From Octopus vulgaris (taxonomy: Eukaryota), in contig OX597834.1 in assembly GCA_951406725.2 (NCBI GenBank), forward strand, positions 8,494,001-8,558,000: DNA of 64,000 nt. The letters run 5' to 3'. Under the pieces are notes generated by a model that saw only the letters and a program-made list of their open reading frames with translations, did not search any database and was not told the DNA's origin. The translations under genes were made by a program, and so were the position numbers. This document shows, piece after piece, positions 1 through 15,295 of this stretch; the stretch's first letter is position 1; every line of letters starts with the position of its first letter.

Positions 1-629
1 GAGATTGAATGTGTGCCCTTCTTTGCTGTCACGTCTCAAGAATGAACCATTTTTGAACCGAATAGAAACTGATGACCAGAAATGGGTTCTCTATAAATAT
101 GTCAACCGCCGAAGACAATGGGTGGAGATGAAATACACTGGCACCCCAGGCTAAACAAGGTCTTCACCCACATCAGATGTTGTCGACATTTTGGTGGTAT
201 ATAAAAGGTTTAGTCCGTTTTCAATTTTTAAACCCAAACCAAACGATAACAGCTTCAGCGCTAGAAGAAAACCGATCATCTTTGGTTACAAGACGAAAGG
301 TGTTCTTCTATCAGGAAAATACTAGGCCACTTTTAGCCTCCATATTCCCCGGAAATTCCGCGTCTGATTATCATTTTTTCCGAAGTCTTCAAAATCATTT
401 GGAGGGGAAAAATAAAAATTCCGTAAACGAGGTCAGAATAGCCCTGTAGGAATATTTTTCGCATATTCAAGTGAATTTTAGAAAAGAGTCCTTGAAAGTC
501 TACCAGATAGATAGAACAGCATTGTAGAAAATGAAGAAGTGTATATTTTCTATTATAAAAGAACTTTGTTTCTTAATTTTTAAAAATAAAAGAATATTAA
601 AACCGCATTATTTATGGCATGCTCCAATA
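1..629 (+). mobile_element. Decayed mariner transposase (catalytic half plus right end), cut by window edge
   Basis: Translates to FLNRIETDDQKW, LHPHQMLSTFWWYIKGLV..LNPNQTITA, PYSP..SDYHFFRSLQNHL and LPDR*NSIVENE (mariner DD34D motifs) with frameshifts and stops; ends ccgcattatttatggcatgctccaa|ta. Confidence 0.9.
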
Positions 630-734
630 TATACATTATATATACACAGTACATATACATATACAAATATGTATGCATACATACATATATATCAAAATGA
701 GGTAGTTTTAGTGAAGCATTGTCAGGAATAACAT

Positions 735-1380
735 AAAAGAATGTATGGAACACGAAGTACCGATCCAACAATGCGATATCTTAACAGATTTCGCGCCTAC
801 CGGAGAGCAGAGTAGGGTGCACACTCACCAAGTTCCCCATCGATGACATCAAAATATGCCCGAGGGCCTATGTAGCATACGAGCTAGTCTTCGATAAATG
901 TGAAGCATCCTATATAGGGCGCACTATTAGGAAACTATACATCTGAATAAATGAGCATATGTAGACAAACACCTCAATAACACCTTGGGGAGTGCCAGGT
1001 CTGGAGTTTCAAAGTTTCCATCAAGGCAACCCAACACAATAGAGGCAATCTCAGAATTATGGAAGCGCTCCATAGAAATAAATTGAGGTGAACCATTAAC
1101 AACAGGAAGGATATACGTGATGCAGACTGGTTGCTAAAGCAACAACAGTCCGCGCATATCACATTCCGAATTTCTCCCCTACTCCACCCTTCACACAAGC
1201 ACATATCAGCAAAAAGCTTTTCCAAATATCGTTTTTCCGAGTGTCCTGAAAAAGGGTCTTTACCCCGAAATATAAAATTACAAGGTAACACTTCAACTTT
1301 GTCCTGTTTTTTTTTTTTCCTTTTGTAGTTTATTTTGTACCACCAACCAGTGCACCGGCATTACAAACTACATTCTCTAA
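735..1380 (+). mobile_element. Penelope-like element 3' fragment (GIY-YIG endonuclease remnant plus hammerhead-like 3' region)
   Basis: About 860-1110 translates to AYVAYELVFDKCEASYIGRTIRKLYI*INEH...NLRIMEALH..*TINNR. CTGAAAA-A-GGGT-cttt-ACCC-C-GAAAT at about 1246-1271. Confidence 0.75.
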
Positions 1381-1780
1381 AATACATACACACACACACA
1401 CATAAATATCTATATATATATGTATATATATGAATACACACACATACACATGCAAACATACATATGTGTGTGTGTGTGTGTGTGTCTGTGTGTGTAGATC
1501 TATATGTAGACACACAAAACAAGCGAACTCATGATGAGAGGTATTCCCTTTCGGCCTGCTGGTTCAGAGAATCCCAGGGTTGAAGTTAAAACTACTATTG
1601 TCACCACCGTCACCACCACCATCGCTACTACTACTACTACTACTACGGCTGCTGCAAATAATACTACTACTAATGCTAGTACCACCTCTGCTACTGTGCC
1701 TAATAATAATTTAGACGACATTCAAGTAAATATTAACATTCTGTCACACTCGTTCTTTGAAGTTTTAGTTCAAGATATTG

Positions 1781-1893
1781 GGTTATTTAATAATGGCATT
1801 TTTCTAAAGAATTATATTTGCGCAATATTTCATCAGCGGTTATTTAATAATGGTATATTTCTAAAGAATTATATTTGCGCAGTATTTCATCAG
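1781..1893 (+). repeat. 57-bp tandem duplication
   Basis: ggttatttaataatgg...tttcatcag at 1781-1836 and 1838-1893, few mismatches. Confidence 0.9.
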
Positions 1894-2372
1894 TATCATA
1901 TTGAATTAAAAGAGAAACTCTATACCAATTACAAATAAATGATAATGAGTGTAAAGATGTGAGATTAAATAATCTTCACGATGTGGAAATTATTATATAA
2001 CACGCACAAGTATATTACAAATAAATATACAGGTAATATCGTACATAACCACACTTTAATCGAAAAGAAGCAAGAAACAGAAACGCGCGCACACACACAC
2101 ACACACACATACACACGTGTATCTGTCTGTACATATATATGTATGCATGTTTATATATATATATATATATATATATGTGTGCATATATAATATATATATA
2201 CACACACACATATCTGTATTTTTTACCCTATTTTAAATCAATCTATCTATCTATATAGTTCTTCATATATCTATCATATCAGGGCGCATTGATGCCGTCG
2301 AGAGGTCCCGAATTCTTTGACCCTACATTTAAATCTATTATGGTAGCACTTGCATGTGCAAGTTGTTTATAA

Positions 2373-2404
<32 letters not shown>

Positions 2405-2552
2405 CTCAAGTAGGCACATAAATGTGAAACAAGGTGGAAAAAAAGAGTACTCAAACACCAGATGTAGAGTAATATGGTTTATTTAAAAGCAGCAGAAATA
2501 TAACAATAGCTGTAACTTAGAGTCTCACGTTCCCGTTCGTTGGACAGTTTTG

Positions 2553-2557
<5 letters not shown>
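2405..2557 (-). mobile_element. Short PLE-type terminal fragment between two (TA)n tracts, with decayed hammerhead
   Basis: Minus strand 2547-2510: ctgt-CCAACGA-ACG-GGAA-CGT-GAGAC-tctaa-GTT-acag; stem I ctgt/acag and stem II ACG/CGT pair. Confidence 0.5.
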
Positions 2558-2601
<44 letters not shown>

Positions 2602-2605
<4 letters not shown>

Positions 2606-2830
2606 GAAGGTTTACGAAAATAATCAAAAGACGAAGGCAGGTGGAGTACAAACAAACAAATGTATTAGTATGGCGCTCAAGAATAGAAATAGAACAAGTC
2701 TTTTACGTTTCGAGCCTACGCACTCCGACAGAAAGATACACAGAAAAAAACAAGGAGAGAAACAAGGAGAGAAAAAAATGCGTGTAGGAGCTAACGACCT
2801 ATCATGGCGTCCTGATTTCGGACAGTGGTC
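2602..2830 (-). mobile_element. PLE family P1 3' end abutting (TA)n
   Basis: Homologous to 12520-12720, which continues into a GIY-YIG ORF; hammerhead-like motif at 2699-2736. Confidence 0.7.
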
Positions 2831-3049
2831 AATGGAGATAACAGGGTCAAGTGACTTCCATATATATAAATACGTGCATAAACCTTAAATTCACATGTAC
2901 TTGTGGAATTATACACATGAACATTTATATCGATGTATGGTGGTGTGCACAAGTATATTAGAGAATATATGCTCATGAATGTATATAATATAAGAATGTA
3001 TATAACAATATATTCAATCCACACCCATAAGTACCAGGCAGGTTTGATT

Positions 3050-3440
3050 TGGTAATATTCGTTTCAAATTTTCACACAAGAATTGTAAGTTCGGGGTAGG
3101 GATTAAGTCGATCTCAACATATATCAGGTATTTATTTTACTGACATCGAAAGAATGAATGGCAAAGTCGGCGTCGGCAGAATTTGAACTCAAAATATAAA
3201 AACGGACGAAAAGCCGCTAAGCGTTTTCCCGCCGCCTTATGATTTGCTAATATTGAAATGCTTTAAGGCGGCATAAACGTTAGGACGCCGGGCGAAATGT
3301 TTAGTGGTATTTTGTCTGCCTTTAATTTCTGAGTTCAAATTCAACAGAGGTTGACTTTGCCTTTCATTCTTTCGGAGTCGATATATTAAGTATCAGTTGC
3401 GCACTGGTGTCGATGTATATATTTCGGGCCTTGTACTTTA
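3050..3440. mobile_element. Head-to-head pair of old family C SINEs (3050-3240 minus, 3265-3440 plus)
   Basis: Both match the aaggcggc..gttag..gccgggcgaaatg..gagttcaaatt..gtcgactttgcctttcat consensus seen in the young copies at 38193 and 47240. Confidence 0.75.
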
Positions 3441-4510
3441 TCGATCACATTCTCACCTGGAATCGATTTTTGTAATTTTTTGAAGACTTATACACGCCCT
3501 GATACCCTCGGTATCTACATATCAAATTTGAGCGCCATCGGATGGAGGATGCCCGAGATCCTAGACGACACACACACACACAGACAGACAGAACGGATTT
3601 TATATAATAGATATGCAGAAATGCCTCCATTTTTATTAAATTTGCATAACAATTATGCAAATGAAGTTGTCGTTTCTCTCATGGGATCGTGTTTCTCCAA
3701 AATTAAATTGTGAAACGTTTTTGTCGTTGCTATAATGGGAAGACCACCATGTGCCAATTAATGCGTATCTCTCTTTCTTCTATTGGGAGAACCACCGAGG
3801 CAATGAGTGACGCAGTGTTGTAACAACAGTTTCTGGATGAAAGCAATGAGACAGAGTATAAACCATACATTATACACTTGGGTGATCAAGCATTCCATCA
3901 AGACAACTACTCACATAATTTGACGTCGCAGAGGTGAGTGTATAGTAATGCCACCTTCGGTAATGTTTGTAGCAAACATAAAAACCTTCAGCAAATATCT
4001 ATCCGATAGTGTAGTGGACTCTATTTGGCCAAATATATCTGACTCCCTTTCTTCCTTCCTCCATACCTGCATACATACACATATAAACACACACATATAC
4101 ACATAGACACACGCGCAATTATATATTTATGTATATACGTATGCATATACTTGCTTATCTCTGTATGTATGCATGAATATATGTATATGTGTGCGTGTGT
4201 TCCTGTGTGCGTGTGTGCATAAGTTTATGTACATTCACATATAATGCAAGTCTGTCCAATAGATTACACGACTATTGCCTGTTAAGATTTGGAAAGCGAT
4301 AATGGCAATTTAGTTCAACTAATGATTTGCAGCTTTTACAACAAATTATTAAATTAATGTCTCATCCGATTTAAATACAAGTCAGAATAATAATATATGA
4401 CATTCTCTAACGCCTTGCAGTTTTATAGAAGACCTCGATGGGGGAATCGTATTATATTAACACATCTATAATCGTGCAAGTGTCGATATCTTTTATACTC
4501 TATATAATAT

Positions 4511-5952
<1,442 letters not shown>

Positions 5953-6372
5953 TATTCTCTGTAATAGTGCATCTCTAACAAAAATGGCCTGAACGAAGAA
6001 ACGAACAAAAAAATTTTTTTTTATAATTTCAAATTTTAAATCTATTGTCATGTATAGAAGGTTTCTTTTCCTTCAATTTCTTTTCTCTTTTGAGTATTGA
6101 TTAAATATTCTGATTAAGCTTTTCAAAAGAATTCAATATATTTTCCTACAAGATTATTCGATTAACTACATTCTAATCTAATCTTGCTACAAATATTATC
6201 TTTTTGCAGACGAGATAAAAAGCTTCGTTGAATCTCACAGTTATCGTGAGAATGGCTACTTTTCCAGAAACTAGTTCTACATAGTATAGCAGTATTTCTT
6301 TTATTTTAGATACTAATTATATTTTCCATTTACAAAATGTTTACGTCGGTAGAGAGCCTCGAATCATACACA

Positions 6373-6463
<91 letters not shown>

Positions 6464-6612
6464 GTCTATCAATCTGTCTATCTATCTATCTGTCTCCCCC
6501 CTCTCTCTCACTCTCTCTCTATATATACACAAACATAAACGCACGTGTATATATATATATATACAAACATACACACATGTATATATATATATATATAAAT
6601 ATATATGTATAC

Positions 6613-6678
<66 letters not shown>

Positions 6679-7030
6679 TATATATATATATGCACACAAA
6701 AAACACACACATATATAGAGAAACATAAAGACGATCACGTGTTTGGAAAGATGATAGACTCAAAATATGACTCATTCACTGCATATTAAACATTGATGAG
6801 GCAATTCCCAACTTTACACCTTACGTAAATTTGTGGGACAGCATTTTTAATGCACATATATTTCAGTATTTGAGTCGGTAAAACACATACACGTCAGAAT
6901 TGCAATGATATACATATAAATGGACATATATAAATTCCTACACAAACATACATGCATACATACGTATATACATACATACATACATACATATGCATGCATG
7001 TACATGTATGTATGTGTGTATCTCTGTATA

Positions 7031-7151
<121 letters not shown>

Positions 7152-7315
7152 ATTTATATAAATACGGAAAAGCTAGTTATTTAAATACCGATCTTATCAG
7201 GTGGCCAACATGGGAATAAAAGCCTTCAAAAGTAATAATTATTATTAAAATACAGGCATACATATGCACGCATGTGTATGTATGTGTGTATACAAGTATG
7301 TATGTATACGTGTAT

Positions 7316-7368
<53 letters not shown>

Positions 7369-7457
7369 TAAGAAAGTTTGTTTGGTAAATTAATTTATAT
7401 TAATATATATTTTTTAACATTTAAGCCTTCTGTCGTTTTTTCACACTTTACTATTTT

Positions 7458-7545
<88 letters not shown>

Positions 7546-7796
7546 GTGTGTGTGTGCGTGTATGTATTTGTACTTATACATGTATGTATGTAAGAGGATA
7601 CATTGTTTCTATTTGGGAGCAAGTAACTATGAAATTATATAGATGCAAAAAACTGATAAATTATACATGAAGACCATAATTTTTACTCAGGATATATATG
7701 GATATGTATGAGGTATGTTCAAATGTACATGCATGTATATGTGTGTGTGTTGTGTGTCTGTGTGTGTGTATGTGTGTCAGTGTGTGTGCATATATG

Positions 7797-7850
<54 letters not shown>

Positions 7851-8353
7851 TATATAAGCGCGTATATATTCATACGCACCGCATTATATGTATGTGTGTG
7901 CGAATATACATATATAATCAAAGTGACTAAAAGCTTTAGTAAGCAGCAGCATTCCTAGAAATAACTGTCAATGCAACTCATTGACTCGATAAAGCCCTTA
8001 TCATTTGATTGCCAAGGGTTTCAAACGCCCTACAGCATGGCCAGATCATCAGTTATTTCCGCTGTTATATTAAAGCTCGTCGGTGGCCCTTACCCAATTA
8101 CCTAGGGTTAAACTGGTTCGCTTTGTCCGTTTATAATGTTTACCGTAGAAATCCCACTCTGATTTCAGAAATGGTAAAAGAGAAAGTTATAAATAATTGA
8201 GTTGGATTCTGTAGGGAGCTTGACTGCCTTGTCATTCAAAAGATCTGTGCTTTATTGTGGCAAAGAGTTGTTTTGACTTTTATTTCTAGCAATGGTGGTG
8301 CTTACTAGTGCCCTTAATCAATTTGGTAACATCTATAGTTCTACAGTTCTATA

Positions 8354-8739
8354 GAAGGCGCAATGGCCCAGTGGTTAGGGCAGCGGACTCGCGGTCGTAG
8401 AATCGCGGTTTCGATTCCCAGACTGGGCGTTGTGAGTGTTTATTGAGCGAAAACACCTAAAAAGCTCCACGAGGCTCCGGCAGGAGATGGTGGTGATCCC
8501 TGCTGTACTCTTTCACCACAACTTTCTCTCACACTTACGTCCTGTTTATGTTGTACCTGTATTTCAAAGGGCTGGCCTTGTCACTCTCTGTGTCACGCTG
8601 AATATCCCCGAGAACTACGTTAAGGGTACACGTGTCTGTGGAGTGCTCAGCCACTTACACGTTAATTTCACGAGCAGGCTGTTCCGTTGATCGGATCAAC
8701 CGGAACCCTCGTCGTCGTAACCGACGGAGTGCTTCAGAG
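8354..8739 (+). mobile_element. Full-length tRNA-derived SINE, family B, with 11-bp TSD
   Basis: A-box tggcccagtgg, B-box-like gtttcgattcc; TSD acagttctata at 8343-8353 and 8740-8750. Confidence 0.9.
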
Positions 8740-8947
8740 ACAGTTCTATATTTAAAGATGAGGAATTGTGTAGACTGTTCAGCCACACTATTCATTTAAA
8801 GTTGCTACAACCTGTTCTGTTGAAAATGTACAGTGATTTTCTAGTTCTCTCTCTCTCAACATTTCATCGAAGACCTAAGGTAGTTTTCACAGGGCAGAGC
8901 TATAATGAACGCTGTAAAATGTGTACTCATTTCGAATACCATATTAC

Positions 8948-9384
8948 TCTTGTACTCTTTTACTCTTTTACTTGTTTCAGTCATTTGAGTGTGGCAATGC
9001 TGGTGCACCGCCTTTAGTCGAGCAAATCGACCCTAGGACTTATTCTTTGTAAGCCTAGTACTTATTCTATCGGTCTCTTTTGCCGAACCGCTAATTTACG
9101 GGGACCTAAACACACCAGCATCAGTTGTCAAGCGATGTTGGGGGACAAACACAGACATGCACACACGCGCGCGCACACGCACACACACATGCACACACAC
9201 ACACACACACATACATATACGAAGGGCTTCTTTTTAAGTTTCCGTCTACCAAATTCACTCACAAGGCTTTGGTCGGCCCGAGGCTATAGCAGAAGACACT
9301 ACCCAAGGTGCCACACAGTGGGACTGAACCCGGAACCGTGTGGTTCGTAAGCAAGCTACTTCCCACACAGCCACTCCTACACCT
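8948..9384 (-). mobile_element. tRNA-derived SINE, family A (CORE-like segment, internal microsatellite, (gagtaaaa)n tail)
   Basis: Reverse complement reads ggagtggctgtgtgg..gggttcagtcccact..gtggcaccttggg..; many homologues in the window. Confidence 0.9.
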
Positions 9385-10279
9385 ATTAGGTAAAGAAACG
9401 TCATCGATCGTAATTGTCTCTATGTCAAATTCCCCAAGGTTTTCAACATGTATCAAAACTGTAGTCCTCCATTCGTAGTAAAATCATGCTTGTGTTGATA
9501 GGTAACACTTCGATATGTTACAACAGTTAATATTAGGGAAACAAAATTGCTTAATATATACCACCACCTGTTAGAAATAGCACCTTCGTTCGTATATTTA
9601 AACCGTAATTGGTTAAACGTTAAAGGACATACTAGATATTGTAATCTTAAAAATGCAACAGAAATAAATATTTTGGCGCTAAACGGCTATAATAATCAAT
9701 AAAATATGCAAATACTATATATCCAATGTTTAATTACCTTGCCACGCGACAGAATCGTAAGAGTACATGGCTAAATAATTAATGGGATTTAGTTACATTT
9801 CATTAACTTCTATGATCGAAACTCATAAACATTGAGGAGTAAACATTTTCATTGCCTCAAATAAGAAAAATAAATGGATTTTCATACGTTTAGGAAAGAA
9901 GTCCTCCAGGCAGCTTCTATCTCATTTCATTGAATGAGTTTTGCATAACAGTTATTCTACCCAGCTTCTCTTTAAAATCTTGGATGGAGAAAAAGAGATT
10001 TCGGAGAGAAGATATTGGAAATAATGTTATCACGTAGTAGTGAATTTAATTTAACAAATGAAAATGTGTCTCTTATGATATTAATTAAATATTATGTGGA
10101 CCGCGATAAAATTAATTTTCATAAAGATAATAAAAGTGAATTAAGTAAAACTGAACAGAAGGTGAGCACTGGTAGTCGATTCCATCATAATTAAATGAAG
10201 TTCTCACTTCGTTACTTTATTGCTTACACTTGTAAACAGATGTTTAACGGTATATTAACACCAAGAATATTATATATAC

Positions 10280-10317
<38 letters not shown>

Positions 10318-10401
10318 GAATACATATACATATACACACATACACACATAAATATATATATATTTATGTGTGTGTGTGTATGTATATCTGTATATGTATT
10401 C

Positions 10402-10439
<38 letters not shown>

Positions 10440-10486
10440 GAATACATATACAGATATACATACACACACACACATAAATATATATA

Positions 10487-10537
<51 letters not shown>

Positions 10538-12242
10538 CTGTATGTATGTATATGTGTATATATAGTCCACATATATATATATATATATATACATATATGC
10601 ATGTGCGTGTTTATACACACACAATAAGGCATTCACACACGTACACATTCATACAAATATACATTCGTCCATACATACATGCATACATACATATATACAT
10701 ATATATTTCCTATTGCAAAATGAAGAAAGAGTGCTCAATAAAAGTATTAGAATTTATATATTTGGAAAAGGCAGATATTCTGTCCTGTAGCTGCTCAAAA
10801 ATTCTCACTAGAAATTGTCGCACAAGCGACAAAAACTGGCCTGACTAGACCTTGACCTCTTCTGTAGATATACCAATTAAATGAAATTTATTATCTACGT
10901 CCCTTTTATTTTGAAAGGTATTGACCTCACAGCAGAGAACTATTTGTAAAGATTCGTTTCCGATTCCCACTTTCGCCAACCATTATTTCACTGTAGAAAT
11001 TAATTGCCCTGTGACTTCCAATTAAAAGCGTCTCGTACTAATTCAGTATTAGCTAAATTATATCCTATCATTGATTCCCATTAAAATATTCTTGATGATT
11101 CCACTGCACGGAATGTCGCTCTGTGTAGCAACAGAGTAATTCATCAGTTTCTTGTAATATTAAAGTTAAATTTCGTCATACATTTATTTCGTCAATGTGT
11201 GTGTGATTTTCTCACAAATAGAAACTTACAGTAAATTTGGAGGACGCCTTATGAAGTGCTGTTTATTTTCCTCTTCAGAGAATGTTGGAGTTGAGTTGTA
11301 TGTCTATGCCTTCATAGAATATTCTAAACTTTTAAGTACATTTCATATGCTGTATTCACGGACATAAATTTGTAGTTTCGATTCCAGGAAGCGCTCAGTG
11401 AGTTTTATCCTTGATCAAATAAATATTAAACGAAGTGAATTTGTCAAGGATAGAACCCCACTCTCATTCATCATTGTTCGTCCGTGGTAGAGACAATGGA
11501 ATTTACTACGTTAATCCAGACTTCACGGTCCATCATAGCATTACGGAGGTCCTGTTGCTGAAAAGACTATGGAGTTTATTCCGCTCTAGTACACTGTATT
11601 GCAATTCCATGCAGCTGACAAAACCTCAATGTCCGAGTGGATTAATAAAATTGGAAAGCTGAGAATGATTCTATCTCCTCACGACTGCCTTGGCACTTAC
11701 AAATAATAAGTTACGATATCGGCACGATTAGTGAAACCACGCAACACACTTTCAGGACGGACTCCATTGGAGGCGTATCACAATTTCTTTCTAAATCGAT
11801 ACAAATGAATATTCCGCTGCTATGGAAACCAGTCAGAAATTACTCGTTTATTGTCTTGGATATCTTAATGAGCATGACTCTTGCTTTAGACGGCTCGCCA
11901 TTAATTAGTTTATGTTTTATGAACAAATGCAGAAGAAGTTGTTTTGCACTTAATAAAAGCATTGGCACACACACACATATAAACGTATAAGTACACCGGT
12001 TGGTTCTGAGCGCGATCACTGTAGATCGATGGCCGAATAGAGTTCAAAAAGAAGCAAGGATATTTCTCCGTGATAAAATGCAATGAATTGCCTCCTTATG
12101 TGTTCGAATAAGCCTCAAGCATATTGGAACTGGCAACAAATTATATATATATATATCAATATCAATAATACAGTGATTGTTTCTTGTCAGGAACAAAACG
12201 ATTAATAGGACTGCTATAGAAGAGCTCTATTGAAAGAGACAA

Positions 12243-12468
12243 ATATATCAAACTAAAGTTATTGAACAAACAAATGCATGGTCATCCGCATATCATTTCA
12301 TAATTCGAACATTTAATCATAGAATATACATATAAACATCCCTGGATCACAACAGATGAATTATGTTCCATCTTGCGGGATGTTTATATGTATATTCTAT
12401 GATTAAATGTTCGAATTATGAAATGATATGCGGATGACCTTGCATTTGTTTGTTCAATAACTTTAGTT

Positions 12469-12476
<8 letters not shown>
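12243..12476. repeat. 100-bp near-perfect inverted repeat (34-bp spacer) ending in (TA)n
   Basis: 12243-12342 vs 12377-12476; one mismatch seen. Confidence 0.95.
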
Positions 12477-12519
<43 letters not shown>

Positions 12520-13335
12520 GGGAGAGTTTACGAAAAAACAAAAGACGAAGACAGGTGGCGTGAAAACAAACAGTATTAGCATAACGCTCAGGAATAGAAA
12601 AAGTCTTTTACATTTCGAGCCTATGCTCTTCTACTACAGAAAGGGACACAAAAAAAAAACAAGGAGAGAAAAAATGTGTGTACTGGCTAACGATCTATCA
12701 TGGCGACTACTGCCAGACAGAGGTGTGTGTGTTTCTCTAAATAATGACCGTTCTCTGCAAAGGATGCTTGTTTCAAAATACAAAAACGCCGGTGATAGTT
12801 CAAGAAATATTCCTCTTTAAAAATATAGCCGGGCGAGTTGTTTTCCTTCGCTTGATAGTTAGGTTTTCCAATTTTGAAGAAAAATTTTCCGAAAATGTGG
12901 ACAAATCCTCACAGCTTCAGTCCTGGAGTTAAGGTAGCGTCTTGGCTCATATGAGTTCGTGATAATTATAAATCTTTCTGCTAAACACAATTTACATAGT
13001 CTTGTTCCATTATGATAGGATCCACAAGGTTCCAATAATTTCCAACTGATGTTAAAGGGTGTATTACTGACCTCTGGGCGTCATACGTATGCTGCAAGTG
13101 TTGTGTTGCGTCTTTCTGGGACCATGACAGAGTTGTAGTTGTTCAGGCGAATGTTAAATCTGGAGTCACAAGATTCGACATAAATTTTAGTTTGTGTCCC
13201 TGAGTTGGCATTAATGTTATTGATATTTGTGCTGCATCAGTTTAAAGCTACATTTGATTTGTACACTGTAGCCTCGGTGTTACATCGACTGTCCGCTGGA
13301 CATTCATTACTAATCCTGCGTGAACAACCTGCCTA
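12520..13335 (-). mobile_element. 5'-truncated Neptune-type Penelope-like element (family P1): Cys linker, GIY-YIG endonuclease, 3' region with hammerhead-like motif
   Basis: Single frame: RRISNECPADSRCNTEATVYKS..KIYVESCDSRFNIRLNNY..TLAAYV*..ISWKLL..YHNGTRLCKLCLAERFII..YLNSRTEAVRICPHFRK (CxLCLxE and LNxRxE..CxH); two in-frame TGA; 3' end abuts (TA)n. Confidence 0.85.
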
Positions 13336-13502
13336 TGTCTGTAGCTTAAGCGTGCTTAGAGAAACTGAAGAGAAGTCTAGTTCACGTTAGATATGAAACC
13401 AAAGTTTTTTTTCTTTCTAAACGTACGTTACACATACACAAATAAATAACTGATCTATATTCTATAGGGAGTGCTCTTCTCTTCATTTATGTTACTGTAA
13501 AG

Positions 13503-13603
<101 letters not shown>

Positions 13604-13649
13604 TATGTATGCATGTATGTATATATGTATATGGATGTATATATATACA

Positions 13650-13811
13650 GGCGCAGGAGTGGCTGTGTGGTAAGTAGCTTGCTAACCAACCACATGGTTC
13701 CGGTTTCAGTCCCGCTGCGTGGCATTTTTGGCAAGTGACTTCTGCTATAGCCTCGGGCCGACCAATGCCTTGCAAGTGGATTTGGTAGACGGAAACTGAA
13801 AGAAGCCTGTC

Positions 13812-13845
<34 letters not shown>

Positions 13846-14052
13846 TTGTGTGTCTGTGTTTGTACCCCTAGCATTGCTTGACAACCGATGCTGGTGTGTT
13901 TAGGTCCCTGTCACCTAGCGGTTCGAGAAAAGAGACCGATAGAATAAGTACTGGGCTTACAAAGAATAAGTCCCGGGGTCGAGTTGCTCGACTAAAGGCG
14001 GTGCTCCAGCATGACCGCAGTCAAATGAATGAAACAATTATTAGAGTAAAAG
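13650..14052 (+). mobile_element. SINE family A, full length
   Basis: ggcgcaggagtggctgtgtggtaag head through gtcaaatgaatgaaacaa tail. Confidence 0.9.
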
Positions 14053-14744
14053 ATATATATGTATGTATAATATGCATTTATATATGTATATATATACATG
14101 TATATATATATATATATGTATATATGTACTTACACAAACACTCATATATATATATACATATATATAAATATATATATACATATTTACATACATATGTGAG
14201 TGCTTCTGTGTGTGTATGTGTGTATGTGTATTAAACAAGATATGAAAGAGATTATTAAATCCTGGCACAAATCCCGAAAGCACTTAGTATTAAGCGAACT
14301 CGGTTTAAATACATCAAAGAGCTAGATACCAATAAATTCATACAATATTAGCATACAAGGTAATTCCTCACGTATAAGTAAATCCAAATATCATTTAGAA
14401 GAATTTCAAGAAATCTGGAGAATATAACCAACATAAGCAAGAATGGAGAAAATCTCATATTTAATTGATGATTAACCATACATTACCAACGGTCGTTTCA
14501 ACTGTTCCAGAATATTCTAAAAGGTACAAAACACCAGTGGAACCAATATGTCCGAAAAGTTATACTGACCCAACGTTATGAATGTAAGCCAACATATGTA
14601 AAATTCAAAGCGAACTGAAATAGTATATCTAATGCATGAACACAGAATCCCTCCTTTTTACGTATTTTATTAGTATTAATATTCTTGCTATTACTTAGAT
14701 TACTTAAACAAGATTATTTAATATATATATATATATATATATAC

Positions 14745-15022
14745 AAATACCTCTGTGCGCGCTAGTGAAAGCAGGATATTGTAGAAACTCGTCTTTTTCT
14801 ATTTGCCTGTGTGTTTACAAAAATTACTTCAAAACGGCTGAACAGATTTTCACCAAATTTGTCACATATATTTACTGGGTAAGGCGCTCAAATCCACAAA
14901 AATGTTTCGTGGTAGATTCGCCCTTTCGTCACCGAGTGGGTCTCTCTCTCGTAAAATGAATTTACGTGTACGCTGGTTAGGCATATTTTTGGTATATTCT
15001 CAGCGCAAGGAACTATTACTAG
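14745..15022 (+). mobile_element. Possible Helitron/Helentron-type non-autonomous remnant
   Basis: Contains aaaacggctgaacagattttcaccaaatttg, a motif typical of such elements, and ends in ctag; termini not clean. Confidence 0.35.
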
Positions 15023-15095
15023 AACATAAAATCATGAAGTATGTACATCAAATACTATTTATCATTTGATTCGAATATCATCTGTGTGTATAGAT

Positions 15096-15295
15096 CAGTG
15101 CTTTTCGAACTTTTTGCTGGAGCGGAACCCCAAGAAAACACTTCACTGGCTCGAGGTACCCCTGTGCAATAATTTAATTTCTTATGCAAACATATCTGCA
15201 CAGGAGAATTAAAAATTACTGTCGATTTTAGCATTGTTGTAACTTCTTGCGGAACCTCTGGACTGTACTGGCGGAACCCTGGTTGAAAACCACTG
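15096..15295. mobile_element. 200-bp hAT-type MITE with 8-bp TSD
   Basis: TIRs cagtgcttttcgaac / gttgaaaaccactg; TSD gtatagat at 15088-15095 and 15296-15303. Confidence 0.9.

Noticed and set aside
1531-1938. 135-aa Thr-rich mucin-like ORF
   Set aside because: Built from an (ACT/ACC)n repeat and a 57-bp tandem duplication; no domain and no convincing splice context.
8354-8430. Functional tRNA genes at SINE heads (also 13650, 37662, 37811, 41233)
   Set aside because: A and B boxes are present but no complete cloverleaf; they continue into SINE bodies.
12880-13330. Selenocysteine or readthrough explanation for the two in-frame TGA codons in the Neptune-type ORF
   Set aside because: One TGA sits where a Trp is expected (TGG to TGA), the YIG-equivalent motif is also mutated (YVE), and I see no SECIS; ordinary decay suffices.
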